Shown here in pieces: positions 21,735-33,279 of a DNA stretch of 33,279 nucleotides. Source of the DNA: Octopus bimaculoides. Taxonomy: Eukaryota. Location of the stretch: the NCBI RefSeq assembly GCF_001194135.2, contig NC_068985.1:46903593-46936871 (forward strand), in the 5' to 3' direction. The notes beneath the pieces were generated by a model. It had not been told where the DNA came from, did no database searches, and saw only the letters and a list, made by a program, of their open reading frames with translations. Numbering within the stretch: the first letter of the stretch is position 1; the number at the start of each line of letters is the position of its first letter. The position numbers were made by a program, and so were the translations under genes.

Positions 21735-23228
21735 ATCTTTAATTTTACTCCTCAAATGTATGGCCTTATGATAATGCAAAAGCGAAGGTCACATGGGGAA
21801 ATATAGTCCTACATATTGCATCTGGAGAAAAATAAAAGATAATGTAATTCTTGTTACCCCCAAAACACGGAGTAGTCACTGGTGGAATTACTTTTATCGT
21901 AGATCTGTTAGGGGCTAAACAACAGCAGCAATGGTTTTCTGTTTAATTTAGCTATTCTGCTGCTTGAGTGCGTAAGTATTTACTGATAAAAAGAAGTATA
22001 TATTTGGAGATCAANNNNNNNNNNNNNNNNNNNNNNNNNNNNNNNNNNNNNNNNNNNNNNNNNNNNNNNNNNNNNNNNNNNNNNNNNNNNNNNNNNNNNN
22101 NNNNNNNNNNNNNNNNNNNNNNNNNNNNNNNNNNNNNNNNNNNNNNNNNNNNNNNNNNNNNNNNNNNNNNNNNNNNNNNNNNNNNNNNNNNNNNNNNNNN
22201 NNNNNNNNNNNNNNNNNNNNNNNNNNNNNNNNNNNNNNNNNNNNNNNNNNNNNNNNNNNNNNNNNNNNNNNNNNNNNNNNNNNNNNNNNNNNNNNNNNNN
22301 NNNNNNNNNNNNNNNNNNNNNNNNNNNNNNNNNNNNNNNNNNNNNNNNNNNNNNNNNNNNNNNNNNNNNNNNNNNNNNNNNNNNNNNNNNNNNNNNNNNN
22401 NNNNNNNNNNNNNNNNNNNNNNNNNNNNNNNNNNNNNNNNNNNNNNNNNNNNNNNNNTCATTATCCAATCACCACCACTACCACCTCCACCTCCACCACC
22501 TCCATCTCCACCACCAGCACCTCCACCTCCATCACTACCACCACCACCACCACCACCACCACCATCATCATCTCTCACCCCCTCTCTTTCTCTGCCTTTA
22601 TTTAACCTCGCCATAAGAACATCACCCCTCTGCAAAATTTCTATTTTTAACTCACCTTCTCTGCCTGTAACTAACTTTTTTATCCACGTAATAAATATTG
22701 CGTTCTCCCTACCCCACGTCATGGACGCTTCCCTCTCCATCTTTCTGTCTCACTCTTCGCCTTATCCTCTATTTGTCTCTCTTTTTTCTTTCTCCTCTCT
22801 TTCCCTTCAACTAATCACATGAAATCGTTGCAATTACATTCCCCCTACGTCACGTCACGGACGTTTCTCTCCTTCTCTTTTCCTTCTCCCCTTTTTCTCT
22901 AATCACGTGAAAGCGTTACCGATAGACTAAGTAATACAATGAGAAGCAGAATTATGATAAGATTATCTTTAACTCTCCTCCTCAAATGTATGCCCTTATG
23001 GTAATGCGAAAGAGGTTACATTGGGAAATATAGCCCTAGGACACTGCATCTCGAAAAAAAAAAAAAGATAATGTAATTCTTGTTAACACCAAAACAAGGA
23101 GTGGTCAGTGTTGGAATTTTATCATAGGTCTGTTGGGTGCTAAACGACAACAACAATAATTTTCTGTTTAATTTAGCTATTCTGCTGCTTGAGTGCATAA
23201 TTGAGAAAAAGAAGTATATATTTGGAAA
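21735..23228 (+). repeat. Two diverged direct copies of a ~270-bp sequence (21735-22010 and 22965-23228)
   Basis: Shared blocks CTCAAATGTATG, AGATAATGTAATTCTTGTTA, TTTTCTGTTTAATTTAGCTATTCTGCTGCTTGAGTGC and GAAGTATATATTTGGA; offset about 1.23 kb. Confidence 0.85.
22459..22570. repeat. (CCA/CCT)n trinucleotide tract
   Basis: Directly visible; it produces the poly-Pro and poly-Gly pseudo-ORFs. Confidence 0.9.
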
Positions 23229-23529
23229 CCAAAGACGCACTGAGTTACTGCCACTTTGGAAGAAAACTTAGTTTTTTCGTTTTGTTTGATTCAACAAGCT
23301 GACACAAAACAAAATGTACTTAAAAAATCTGGTTCCAAACCTTACCCATTACCATTAATATCTATGTAGCTTCTGGATCGAAGTTGTCGTAGATTTTAGC
23401 TGTCTGTGATTTCCTCACCAATATCATTCTTGGTATGAGAAACCTCTTACATCTTGCTAAAACACCATCAGAATGATACAGAATGCTACTTAGGAAGAAA
23501 AGCTATTTTCCCAGATATGGCGTAAAATC

Positions 23530-23808
23530 CCTCTTCAGTCATGAATGAGCATGGGATTACACCTAGAAAGTTCCCCTCCGAGGCATTAGTCCAGGCAAGC
23601 TTGTTTATGGAAGACCAGCAGTTGCCCATGTATATCAGCCTCCCCTCTTTTCGCCACCGATGTTATCCAAGAGAAAGGCAGATGTCTATAGAGTTTGGCA
23701 CCAGTGACGTCACAACTCATTTCTACAGCTGAGAGAACTGGAGCAACGTGAAATAAAGTGTCTTTCTCAAGAACACAACACACGGCCCGGTACTGAGCCG
23801 TGCGCCTT
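23530..23808 (-). mobile_element. SINE, family B-related variant with a deletion in the tRNA head
   Basis: Minus strand AGGCGCACGGCTCAGT joined directly to ACCGGGCCGTGTGTTGTGTTCTTGAG...TTTATTTCACGTTGCTCCAG...GACGTCACTGGTGCCAA...TCATTCATGACTGAAG. Confidence 0.75.
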
Positions 23809-24224
23809 CATATTTTCCAGGTATATTTCTTCATAACTCGTCATTTCGTGTATTTATTTCGCCAAATATATGTTGAAACATTAGACAAATCTTCAAACTA
23901 CAGAAAATAGGAAAGAAAAAATTCGCAAAGCTGGAAACACCTGAGCATGAAAGTATTTTTCTCTGTTTATTCAGGGATGGAAGGCAGTGATATGAATCGT
24001 TTTGTGGACCATCGAAACTGATGGGAGGAAGGGAATACGTTATTCTCAAACTAGAGACCTGGCCCGAATACTTGCATCAGAGTGGATTCCGCTAAAGATA
24101 CCCGAGGCCAGATGGTAGCATTAAACTGGATGATGTATTAAGTGTGCCACGCTACAACTCTAAGCGAAAAGATCCGAGACAGACACTGCAAGACATGCTA
24201 TTGATTAAATAACATCAATCTACC

Positions 24225-24365
24225 TCCCAGAACGGCAACATATTTTATTGATCCCGAAAGGATGAAAGGCAAAGTTGATCGCAGTGAAATTTGAACTCAG
24301 TGCGCTGAGCCAGAACAAAACGCTACAAGGAATTTTGCCTTTATTGTAATGATCTTGTCAGTATT
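24225..24365 (-). mobile_element. Family A SINE, degenerate
   Basis: Plus-strand TTTTATTGATCCCGAAAGGATGAAAGGCAAAGTTGATCGCAGTGAAATTTGAACTCAG parallels 2915-2970. Confidence 0.7.
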
Positions 24366-26869
24366 TATTGCACTAAATGGCATGCACTGAACTCTAAGAG
24401 ATAAAATTCTAGCAATGCGAGTTCGAAACCAAGCATGATTTTATATGATGAAATCATTTCACTTCACTTGTGCTCACCATTTAGGAACACATCAATATCA
24501 CAGAACGTCACGTATTGCATCTTATATAATCTGCTGGTTTGGGAAAGAGTGAAAAAAAATGAGTTTTTAATAAACTACTAAGAATGATGATGATGGCGTA
24601 CATTTTAGAGAGTCAGGAAGTGATTTATAGCGTTCAGTTACGTTTCTGAATTCAAAAGCAACGGGCTTTTTTTTTCAGACTTTAATTAAATTTTAATTAA
24701 ATCCCGTTTGTGAATTCGGAAGTAACTGACTTTTCTTTAGATTTTAATTAAATCAACTAATTAAATAATTAATAGGTAGGATCTCAGATCAACTGTGGCT
24801 TTTATCCAATTCGATCCAGTGCTCAAGAAAGAAATCATTTAGTAGAAACTAGTACATTGGATTAATGACTTCCCTGTATTCAAGTTTGTCTCTTTGCTGT
24901 TTGGTTTCAGATACAGCCGAAGCCGAAACTTAAAAATTTACATTTTTCTTGCTCGATAAAAGAGAAACAGTATTTAACTGGGTTAAATTCAAGTAATCTT
25001 ACCCCACCCCTCATTAACACTAACCTGTGATCAAGTATAAATAAAATACTACTTAACAGATATTAGAATAGAGGATATGGTTGAAGCAATAGAAAAGATA
25101 CGTTGCTATTGTTTAGCTCCAGACCAGACTTGCTTAAAGACGTTCGAGCCGAGGCGATAACGTCTTTTTCCCTGAGACAGTGAAGACCAACTAATAGACA
25201 CTAATCAAAATTTGTTTAATGTAATTTGAAATGAAAGTATTTTAGATTTATTAGCCACAAGTAGAATAAATGGTGACATAGAAGCTTTGTTTCCCTCGGG
25301 CAGAAAATTGTATAAGTTTAACAAGTTTAAAAACCTGTTCTCTAATTTTCAATGTGAGTTTGCAGTGCACGTGGCATAAAATTGTACGTATGATATCAGA
25401 AATTATTTAGAGGAAAACCAAACAAATAAGGCGATGCCCTTAGTAATTAGGCCGACAAGTGTCTTGCCCAAGTTTGTATGCCTTTTAAATAGTGATATGG
25501 AGAGAAGATGAGTATGCTTTATCTGATGATCGTCTAAGAAGGCTAAAAAATAACCAGAGCGATTCATTATACACTTAAAACCTATGCATACAAGTGTGTA
25601 CATGTGTGTATGTATGTGTGTGTGAGATAGAGAGAAAGAGAGAGAGAGAGTATACGTATAGCTAGGCATATCTAAAGTTTAGGTGTTTTGTCCTACACTC
25701 TAAGTTTACACTAAACAGTCTCTGACTATGCAAAGGCGTATTGAAGTGTGACAACTACGAATCTTCAATCTTTTGCGTCATCCCATTTCATACACAGGCT
25801 CACACAGGCCCACAAACACATAGATGCAAATACATATAAACAAAATCACAAAGCCATTTCATTGTATGTCTCTCTCTCTTTCTTTCTCCCTCTCTTTCAG
25901 TACGCACACACACACGTACATATATATACACATATGTGTGTGACTGCATATATTAATTAATGATAAAGGAAAAGGTTTTACGCAATTACATTCGTTAGCT
26001 TATAGCTATTCCAGATATATGATATTGCACTGGCAGTCTTCCTTAGGTTTATAGTACCTTATAACCGAAACAGCTGTCATTTAATTGAATGTGATTAAGT
26101 AACTCGTTTTATTTCATCTTTCTATTATTAATTTTAGGTTATATTGGTTTATATAAAAGTTCGGAGCTAGGTGACTCAGTGAACTCACTCCACGTCGTCA
26201 CCGTAACTTAGTAACATCGAGCATTACAAGTACATTGCATTCTAACGACTAATTATTGGTCCTGCCATTGTTGAACAGAGTTATAATGCTTATTCTTATA
26301 TTCTATTATGTATTTCACGCCAAAGTCTGTGGCAATGCTTACCTCACTTAATTTCTCAAATGGTTACCCACCTAAGTACTGACTAGGTTTGATGTTGCTT
26401 AACGAGAAACGATGCATTCGAAGTGATATGGCCGTAATGTAAATATATAGATATCCATATTTATGACGTATATATATATATATATATATATATATGCCTC
26501 GTATATAAATGTGCATACAACACACGTATAATATAAAGGAGCCAGTTGTCATCAGTGAACGAGTAATATCTTGGAAACGTGTCACTACAAGTCTTCACTA
26601 ATTGACGTAGGTGCTTCTGTAGAAGCAAGAAGATTGTGATACCTTGTCGACCTTTACTATCTGATTCAGCGTTACGTCCAAAATATGATAGCTGGAATGA
26701 GAGGTGCACTAGTACTTGCTTGGTATTAATTTTCATCAGAAAGTAAAGGGAAATGAAGCGGTTCGCTAAAGAATAAAACGGGCCGCCGAGTCTAGGAACT
26801 GAACCTACTACATTTTGGTTGTAAATTGAGCAACGTAGACTAGACACTAGGGCACGTGACTTCATTATG

Positions 26870-26932
<63 letters not shown>

Positions 26933-27060
26933 GTATACGAGAATATTGTAGTTCGCTTGAAGCATTGGATATTGTTTGTAAAGAATAACAAGTTTTGAAT
27001 GGTACAAAAATGCACTATAATACAAAAAATGGACTATATACTTGTTGTAATTTAGTTCTC

Positions 27061-27154
27061 CATAGTCCGATGACATTTCGGAATACAATTCCTTCTTCAG
27101 ATAGTCTTAGAGGTTTCCAAACGTGAGTTCTACTCACGTGTCGAGTTTCATCAA
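27061..27154 (-). ncRNA. Degenerate tandem Penelope-type minimal hammerhead ribozyme motifs
   Basis: Minus 27100-27072 reads CTGAAGA-A-GGAAT-TGT-ATTCC-GAAA-TGTC, an intact catalytic core with a 5-bp helix II. A second relic lies upstream: TTGATGA...ACGTGAGT-AGA-ACTCACGT...GAAACC. Helices I and III are decayed. Confidence 0.4.
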
Positions 27155-29126
27155 ATTCAATAAAACGATGCAAGAGGAGTTAGATAACAACGCCACAAAC
27201 AAACGCACACCGATTTCCCCCATATGTAGTAGATATATAGTCAACTAAAAAAAAAACGAGCAATTAAAAAACAGACAAAAATAAAACGAAAGTGAGAACG
27301 TGCACAAATGGTATATTAATTTGACGCTCGGTGAATAGAAAGTTCTTATCGTGTCGAGCATAGCTCTGCACAGACACACATACACACACACACACACACA
27401 TACCCACACACACACACACACACATACACACGCACGCACACACACACATACATACACGCGCGCACACACACACACACACATGTATATATGTGCTTCAGCA
27501 ATATGACTATATACGTGCTGTTGGTGATTGTTTTTCCATCTATAGGCTTTTCTCTTCCTCCTTTCCGATCAAGAACTATGCTCGAAACGTCAAATTCTCC
27601 CTTTTTACATTGAGCATTTCCTCCTGTCTGTCAATTTTATTATTCGTTTCTTTGAATTGACTNNNNNNNNNNNNNNNNNNNNNNNNNNNNNNNNNNNNNN
27701 NNNNNNNNNNNNNNNNNNNNNNNNNNNNNNNNNNNNNNNNNNNNNNNNNNNNNNNNNNNNNNNNNNNNNNNNNNNNNNNNNNNNNNNNNNNNNNNNNNNN
27801 NNNNNNNNNNNNNNNNNNNNNNNNNNNNNNNNNNNNNNNNNNNNNNNNNNNNNNNNNNNNNNNNNNNNNNNNNNNNNNNNNNNNNNNNNNNNNNNNNNNN
27901 NNNNNNNNNNNNNNNNNNNNNNNNNNNNNNNNNNNNNNNNNNNNNNNNNNNNNNNNNNNNNNNNNNNNNNNNNNNNNNNNNNNNNNNNNNNNNNNNNNNN
28001 NNNNNNNNNNNNNNNNNNNNNNNNNNNNNNNNNNNNNNNNNNNNNNNNNNNNNNNNNNNNNNNNNNNNNNNNNNNNNNNNNNNNNNNNNNNNNNNNNNNN
28101 NNNNNNNNNNNNNNNNNNNNNNNNNNNNNNNNNNNNNNNNNNNNNNNNNNNNNNNNNNNNNNNNNNNNNNNNNNNNNNNNNNNNNNNNNNNNNNNNNNNN
28201 NNNNNNNNNNNNNNNNNNNNNNNNNNNNNNNNNNNNNNNNNNNNNNNNNNNNNNNNNNNNNNNNNNNNNNNNNNNNNNNNNNNNNNNNNNNNNNNNNNNN
28301 NNNNNNNNNNNNNNNNNNNNNNNNNNNNNNNNNNNNNNNNNNNNNNNNNNNNNNNNNNNNNNNNNNNNTATATATATATATATCCGACCACCTATCTATC
28401 AAATGATATATATTTTAGCATGTGTCTGCATGTATTGAAGTACGTCTTCGTATACTTGTATGTATATAATCCGGTATGGCTATACAGACATACTTACATG
28501 CATACATACATGCATACACACACATATGTATATATATTCACATATCTATTTACATATATGTACATATCTCTATACAAACACGCACACACACACGCACACA
28601 CACGCACACACACGTACACACACACACGTATGTATTGCTCATTATTTATCTCTTTGTCTTTTTGTCTTACTGTTTAGATTTAGTGTTTGCCACCCTACAC
28701 TCTTACACTTTTTACCTGTCACGCTTCAATTAATTAGTCACACAAGTTAATGACAGACAATGATGCCGTACATTAGTGAGTAATCTTCAAAGCAGATATT
28801 ATCATTCTGCTGCCGCTTGGGTTCTATTCGAAACGAACCAATTCATTAGAGAACCTCAGCGTTGTCATTCGACCTGCTAGAAATAACGACCCAAATTCCT
28901 CCAATCACCACTAAGTAATCAAAGGATTCATTAGCTGTAGTGGACGTACATATCTTTAAAATGTCGGGATGGTCATAAACAGATTGACTTTTTTTATCAT
29001 TCGAGTGTTCATTTAAGGTTGATTGCACATACGCACACAATGACTCGCGCGCACACAATGACACGCAGGCACACAACACATACACAAGCACGCGCACACT
29101 CAGATAATACATATACACTTTATATT

Positions 29127-29355
29127 CAGGTCTGGTCAAAAGTCATCCGACAGTAAATCAAAATTCCATAAATACTATCTGTAATTCCGTATTGACTCGA
29201 ATGGAAAAATGTGTCGCTCAAGGACTTCAGTTTGAACAATTTTTTAAGATGTCTCATATTTAGTTGCTGTTATTAAATTCATTCAGTTGTTAATCATAAA
29301 TAGATATTGGAATTAAATGGTATTGATTTACAGTCAGGTGACTTTTGGCCAGCCC

Positions 29356-29357
<2 letters not shown>
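29127..29357 (+). mobile_element. Tc1/mariner internally deleted derivative (MITE)
   Basis: About 35-bp imperfect terminal inverted repeats CAGGTCTGGTCAAAAGTCATCCGACAGTAAATCAA / TTGATTTACAGTCAGGTGACTTTTGGCCAGCCCTG. The interior has RMEKCVAQGLQFEQFF, resembling the mariner/maT C-terminal RLxxCIxxxGxHFEH. Flanks are TT and CA (decayed TA). Confidence 0.75.
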
Positions 29358-29416
<59 letters not shown>

Positions 29417-30907
29417 CGTATATGCCTATATATATATATATATATATATATAGCGTATATGCCTATATATATATGCATATATATAATATATAATGTATCT
29501 ATCTATATGTTTCTGTACACACACACACACACACGTGAGCGCGAGCGCGCACACACACAAATATGCATATAATTATATATTTTGACTGGAAACACATACT
29601 GCGTTGTCGCAGCCATCGAATAAGCAGGGCTATTTTTCTTGCTGCTGTGTAGTTTCAGGTCAATTCTGCTTCAGCAGATCTAATACTTCCAATTCTGACC
29701 ATTCTGTATTTGTTTATAGATACACTATCTAAGACTATATTTTTCAATAAACCTGTCTTATGGCAGTGTTTCAGGAAGTTTTAGCTGCTCCGTCGAACAG
29801 ATCCACCGACCACGTGTTATACTCTTTGTATTGGATGATACAAACTGATGCCATGTGTACATATCTAATGCTTGGTGTAGTTCCAATATATTTATAAATC
29901 AAAATGTGATCTTAATTTGCGATTCCTGGCCGTAACTTATTACAAAACTTTCCAGTCTTTTCCATATAAAATTGTCCAGTTAGTTCCTTTTCGTGGAAAT
30001 TTTGATTGGAAATTGCTGTTGGAAAAGATTTTAACTTAACTGGTTAATAACGAGAGAGAAAGTATGAAGTATAATGTATGGTATCCAATATAATTTTCAC
30101 CTTCTACCTGCTATCCTCACCTCCTTTCTTCCTCTACCGATAAGGTTTCATGTCTGTGTTGTAGGAAAAAAAAATCTTGATCGTCATAACGGTCATCATC
30201 TCAGAAATCAATTTAAAATTGTAATGGCTGCTAATTCACGCTTCAGTGTCACGACATTCTCAAATATCTCTCAGTATTTCCGTAATAACGATTTAGTTTA
30301 TTCCTTTCGGTAGAATTTAAGTCATTCATTTTTTTGGCACCGATTCAAAATAAGAATATTTCCAGACTGATATTGGCGGTGGTGTTATTTACAATCAATG
30401 GTAAATTCTTTATCAATTCAGATAGCTGCAGTTCTCTTCAGTACTCTGGCGACAAGATATTAAATTTTCACGTATTCGAGAAAATTGACCAACTTATACA
30501 GATTTATTACTTTAATATGAAACCACACATTAGTTGAGAAGTTTTACAGATGGTTGAACTGAGCCCAGTATAGCACGGGTACTTAAATTGCCGGGTGGGC
30601 AATTTGAGAAAGGGACTAAGTGGTCGAGCGACAGCGTAGTACTAATAGTTAAATATCTCTCAAACAACACACTTCTAAAGCTATCCGAATTAATAGAGAA
30701 TTTACCATTGATTCTCTACCACCAATATTAGTTTGTAAATGGTCTCTCTTATGGTATCCGATACAGGGAAGCATGGAACAGATATGGTGTTTTTACACCT
30801 TTTATCCTAAGGGAAAATTTTGTCTTTAGAAGTTGAAATATGTCATAAGCATTTTAATTAACTTAAAGTTCACTTATGCCAAAACACTGGCTGGCACTGA
30901 TATTACA

Positions 30908-31013
<106 letters not shown>

Positions 31014-31144
31014 ATGATATCTACCAAATGTATTGGTGAGATAAAACATGTAATCATTACCAAAATAGTAAAAAATCCGCCCGCAAAGGTCTATAATAAA
31101 CTCTTTATGAATCGATCTCCTTGGTTATATATAAAAATTTAAAT

Positions 31145-31202
31145 GAGCTTTGACGCTAATATCCATATGTATTAATATATATGGATATTAGCGTCAAAGC
31201 TC
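31145..31202. repeat. Perfect 24-bp-arm palindrome
   Basis: GAGCTTTGACGCTAATATCCATAT (31145-31168) and its exact reverse complement (31179-31202). Confidence 0.9.
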
Positions 31203-32088
31203 TTATTTCAATTTTGATATATATATATATANNNNNNNNNNNNNNNNNNNNNNNNNNNNNNNNNNNNNNNNNNNNNNNNNNNNNNNNNNNNNNNNNNNNN
31301 NNNNNNNNNNNNNNNNNNNNNNNNNNNNNNNNNNNNNNNNNNNNNNNNNNNNNNNNNNNNNNNNNNNNNNNNNNNNNNNNNNNNNNNNNNNNNNNNNNNN
31401 NNNNNNNNNNNNNNNNNNNNNNNNNNNNNNNNNNNNNNNNNNNNNNNNNNNNNNNNNNNNNNNNNNNNNNNNNNNNNNNNNNNNNNNNNNNNNNNNNNNN
31501 NNNNNNNNNNNNNNNNNNNNNNNNNNNNNNNNNNNNNNNNNNNNNNNNNNNNNNNNNNNNNNNNNNNNNNNNNNNNNNNNNNNNNNNNNNNNNNNNNNNN
31601 NNNNNNNNNNNNNNNNNNNNNNNNNNNNNNNNNNNNNNNNNNNNNNNNNNNNNNNNNNNNNNNNNNNNNNNNNNNNNNNNNNNNNNNNNNNNNNNNNNNN
31701 NNNNNNNNNNNNNNNNNNNNNNNNNNNNNNNNNNNNNNNNNNNNNNNNNNNNNNNNNNNNNNNNNNNNNNNNNNNNNNNNNNNNNNNNNNNNNNNNNNNN
31801 NNNNNNNNNNNNNNNNNNNNNNNNNNNNNNNNNNNNNNNNNNNNNNNNNNNNNNNNNNNNNNNNNNNNNNNNNNNNNNNNNNNNNNNNNNNNNNNNNNNN
31901 NNNNNNNNNNNNNNNNNNNNNNNNNNNNNNNNNNNNNNNNNNNNNNNNNNNNNNNNNNNNNNNNNNNNNNNNNNNNNNNNNNNNNNNNNNNNNNNNNNNN
32001 NNNNNNNNNNNNNNNNNNNNNNNNNNNNNNNNNNNNNNNNNNNNNNNNNNNNNNNNNNNNNNNNNNNNNNNNNNNNNNNNNNNNNNNN

Positions 32089-32121
<33 letters not shown>

Positions 32122-32556
32122 GTGTGTGTGTGCATGTTTGTACTAACAGTAAAGGGAACCAGATTTTATGGAAGGAATAAAAAGTTTCTTTTAACGTGGT
32201 CAGTCACGAATATCCATTCGAAACTGATCACCTTAAAAACTCGAACATGACCACGTTTTCGTTGTTCTGATGAAACTGATGTGGTTTGGCAAATTTCCGA
32301 AATGCATTTGTGAGGCCGAAATTTGTGTTTTGCTTTTGAAAGGAAATTACACATCTGATCATGAACATAATTTAGCAGAAATTTACAGCGTGTATCTGAA
32401 CACGAATTTGCTATTGTACTCTACTTGTGCACGTGAGTGTCGGTATATATATACGTATATATGTGAGTGTATGTGTTGTGTTTGTGTGTGTATGCTTTGT
32501 GAGCCATGTGGGCCGTGTATGTTTGTGCCTGTAAAGGTACATAAACATATATATAG

Positions 32557-33105
32557 GCATACATAAGTATTAGGCCACCACAATGTTTCGGGGTTCTGCT
32601 ATCTCAATGTTAGTGAAACTAGTGCACATGGTAGATTATGGTAGATTTCACAATATGCATTAGTTTTAATATCTGGTTGACCCTCCTTTAGCATCAATTA
32701 CGGCTTTTATACGGTTAGGCATTGAAGGAGCTAGGCGCAATTTTACTCCATTCTTCTCTCAAATTTTGGTACAAATGCTCTTTATTTTTAATTATTCACC
32801 AAGAGTTCCCCATAGGTGTTCGATCGGATTTAGATCGGGACTTTGAGCTGGCCAGTCCATGGGAACAATAATCTGTGTCTCAAACCATTGACGAGTATTT
32901 TTTGCTGTATGACATGAAGTATTGTCCTGTTGAAAGATAACACTGATTCTCGACACTCTTGGATGCAATTTAGCAATTGATGGCTCTAAAATATCCAATA
33001 ACATGGAAACACAGGTAGCTGAATTCATCCTTCTCTGGCATAAAATCATTTCTCCGGGTCCTGTAGCCGACATGCAGGCTCACACCATGATAGAACCAGC
33101 CCCCT
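32557..33105 (-). mobile_element. 5'-truncated Tc1-like transposon with a pseudogenised DD34E transposase
   Basis: Minus frame GSIMV*ACMSATGPGEMILCQRRMNS...VIFQQDNTSCHTAKNTRQWF...MDWPAQSPDLNPIEHLW. After frameshifts it reads LREEWSKI and SMPNRIKAVIDAKGGSTRY* (stop 32668-32666), followed by a 3' terminus ending at a TA run near 32557. Confidence 0.92.
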
Positions 33106-33279
33106 TGATACCCAGGCCACATTCCTAGCACCCTCACCCCAACTAACCATCACAAACCTAAACCTCTTTCAGAAGGAAATTCAAAGTGACTATATTTCAC
33201 AAATAAAACTTAACCAAATGAACTCATTATTCTGTTGTTTTTACATGAATCACTACCCCATTATCTCCCCACTTTTCTT

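Noticed and set aside
21903-21971. Candidate coding exon with AG/GTAAGT borders
   Set aside because: Stops in all three frames, and the donor is absent from the duplicate copy.
11062-23808. tRNA genes at A/B-box-containing heads
   Set aside because: Each continues into a SINE body and lacks a complete cloverleaf and terminator.
30585-30605. 8-bp hairpin AAATTGCC/GGCAATTT
   Set aside because: Short enough to occur by chance in 28 kb of AT-rich sequence, with no supporting context.
32257-32310. CTGATGA...CGAAATGCAT hammerhead-like string
   Set aside because: No convincing helix II closing pair and no helix I complement.

Overview
AT-rich eukaryotic non-coding DNA from a gapped short-read assembly. 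About 5 kb of the 33 kb is N, in 12 gaps mostly flanked by (TA)n, (CA)n, (TATC)n or (CTA)n microsatellites. The tRNA-headed SINE families resemble those I recall from octopus genomes, so the source is probably a coleoid cephalopod (inference, no search run). I find no intact protein-coding gene, rRNA, tRNA or CRISPR array; nearly all ORFs in the track are microsatellite or N artefacts. The window is mostly decayed transposable elements: an RTE LINE endonuclease fragment (3900-4780, -), an RTE 3' end joined to a SINE (12960-13652, -), an Ingi/Vingi-like LINE 3' relic (20600-21095, -), a truncated Tc1 transposase (32557-33105, -), a mariner-type deletion derivative (29127-29357), a pogo/Tigger MITE (11681-11899), two copies of one hAT derivative (7730-8005, 12047-12423) and about ten SINE copies. 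The best non-routine signals are a heat-shock-type promoter (HSE array, TATA, Inr) at 8581-8720 with no recognisable gene behind it, tandem Penelope-type hammerhead ribozyme relics at 27061-27154, a near-consensus CTCF site at 10531, inverted SINE pairs and several long hairpins. I do not see a clearly new multi-gene system. All family assignments come from reading the sequence against remembered consensus motifs and need database confirmation.
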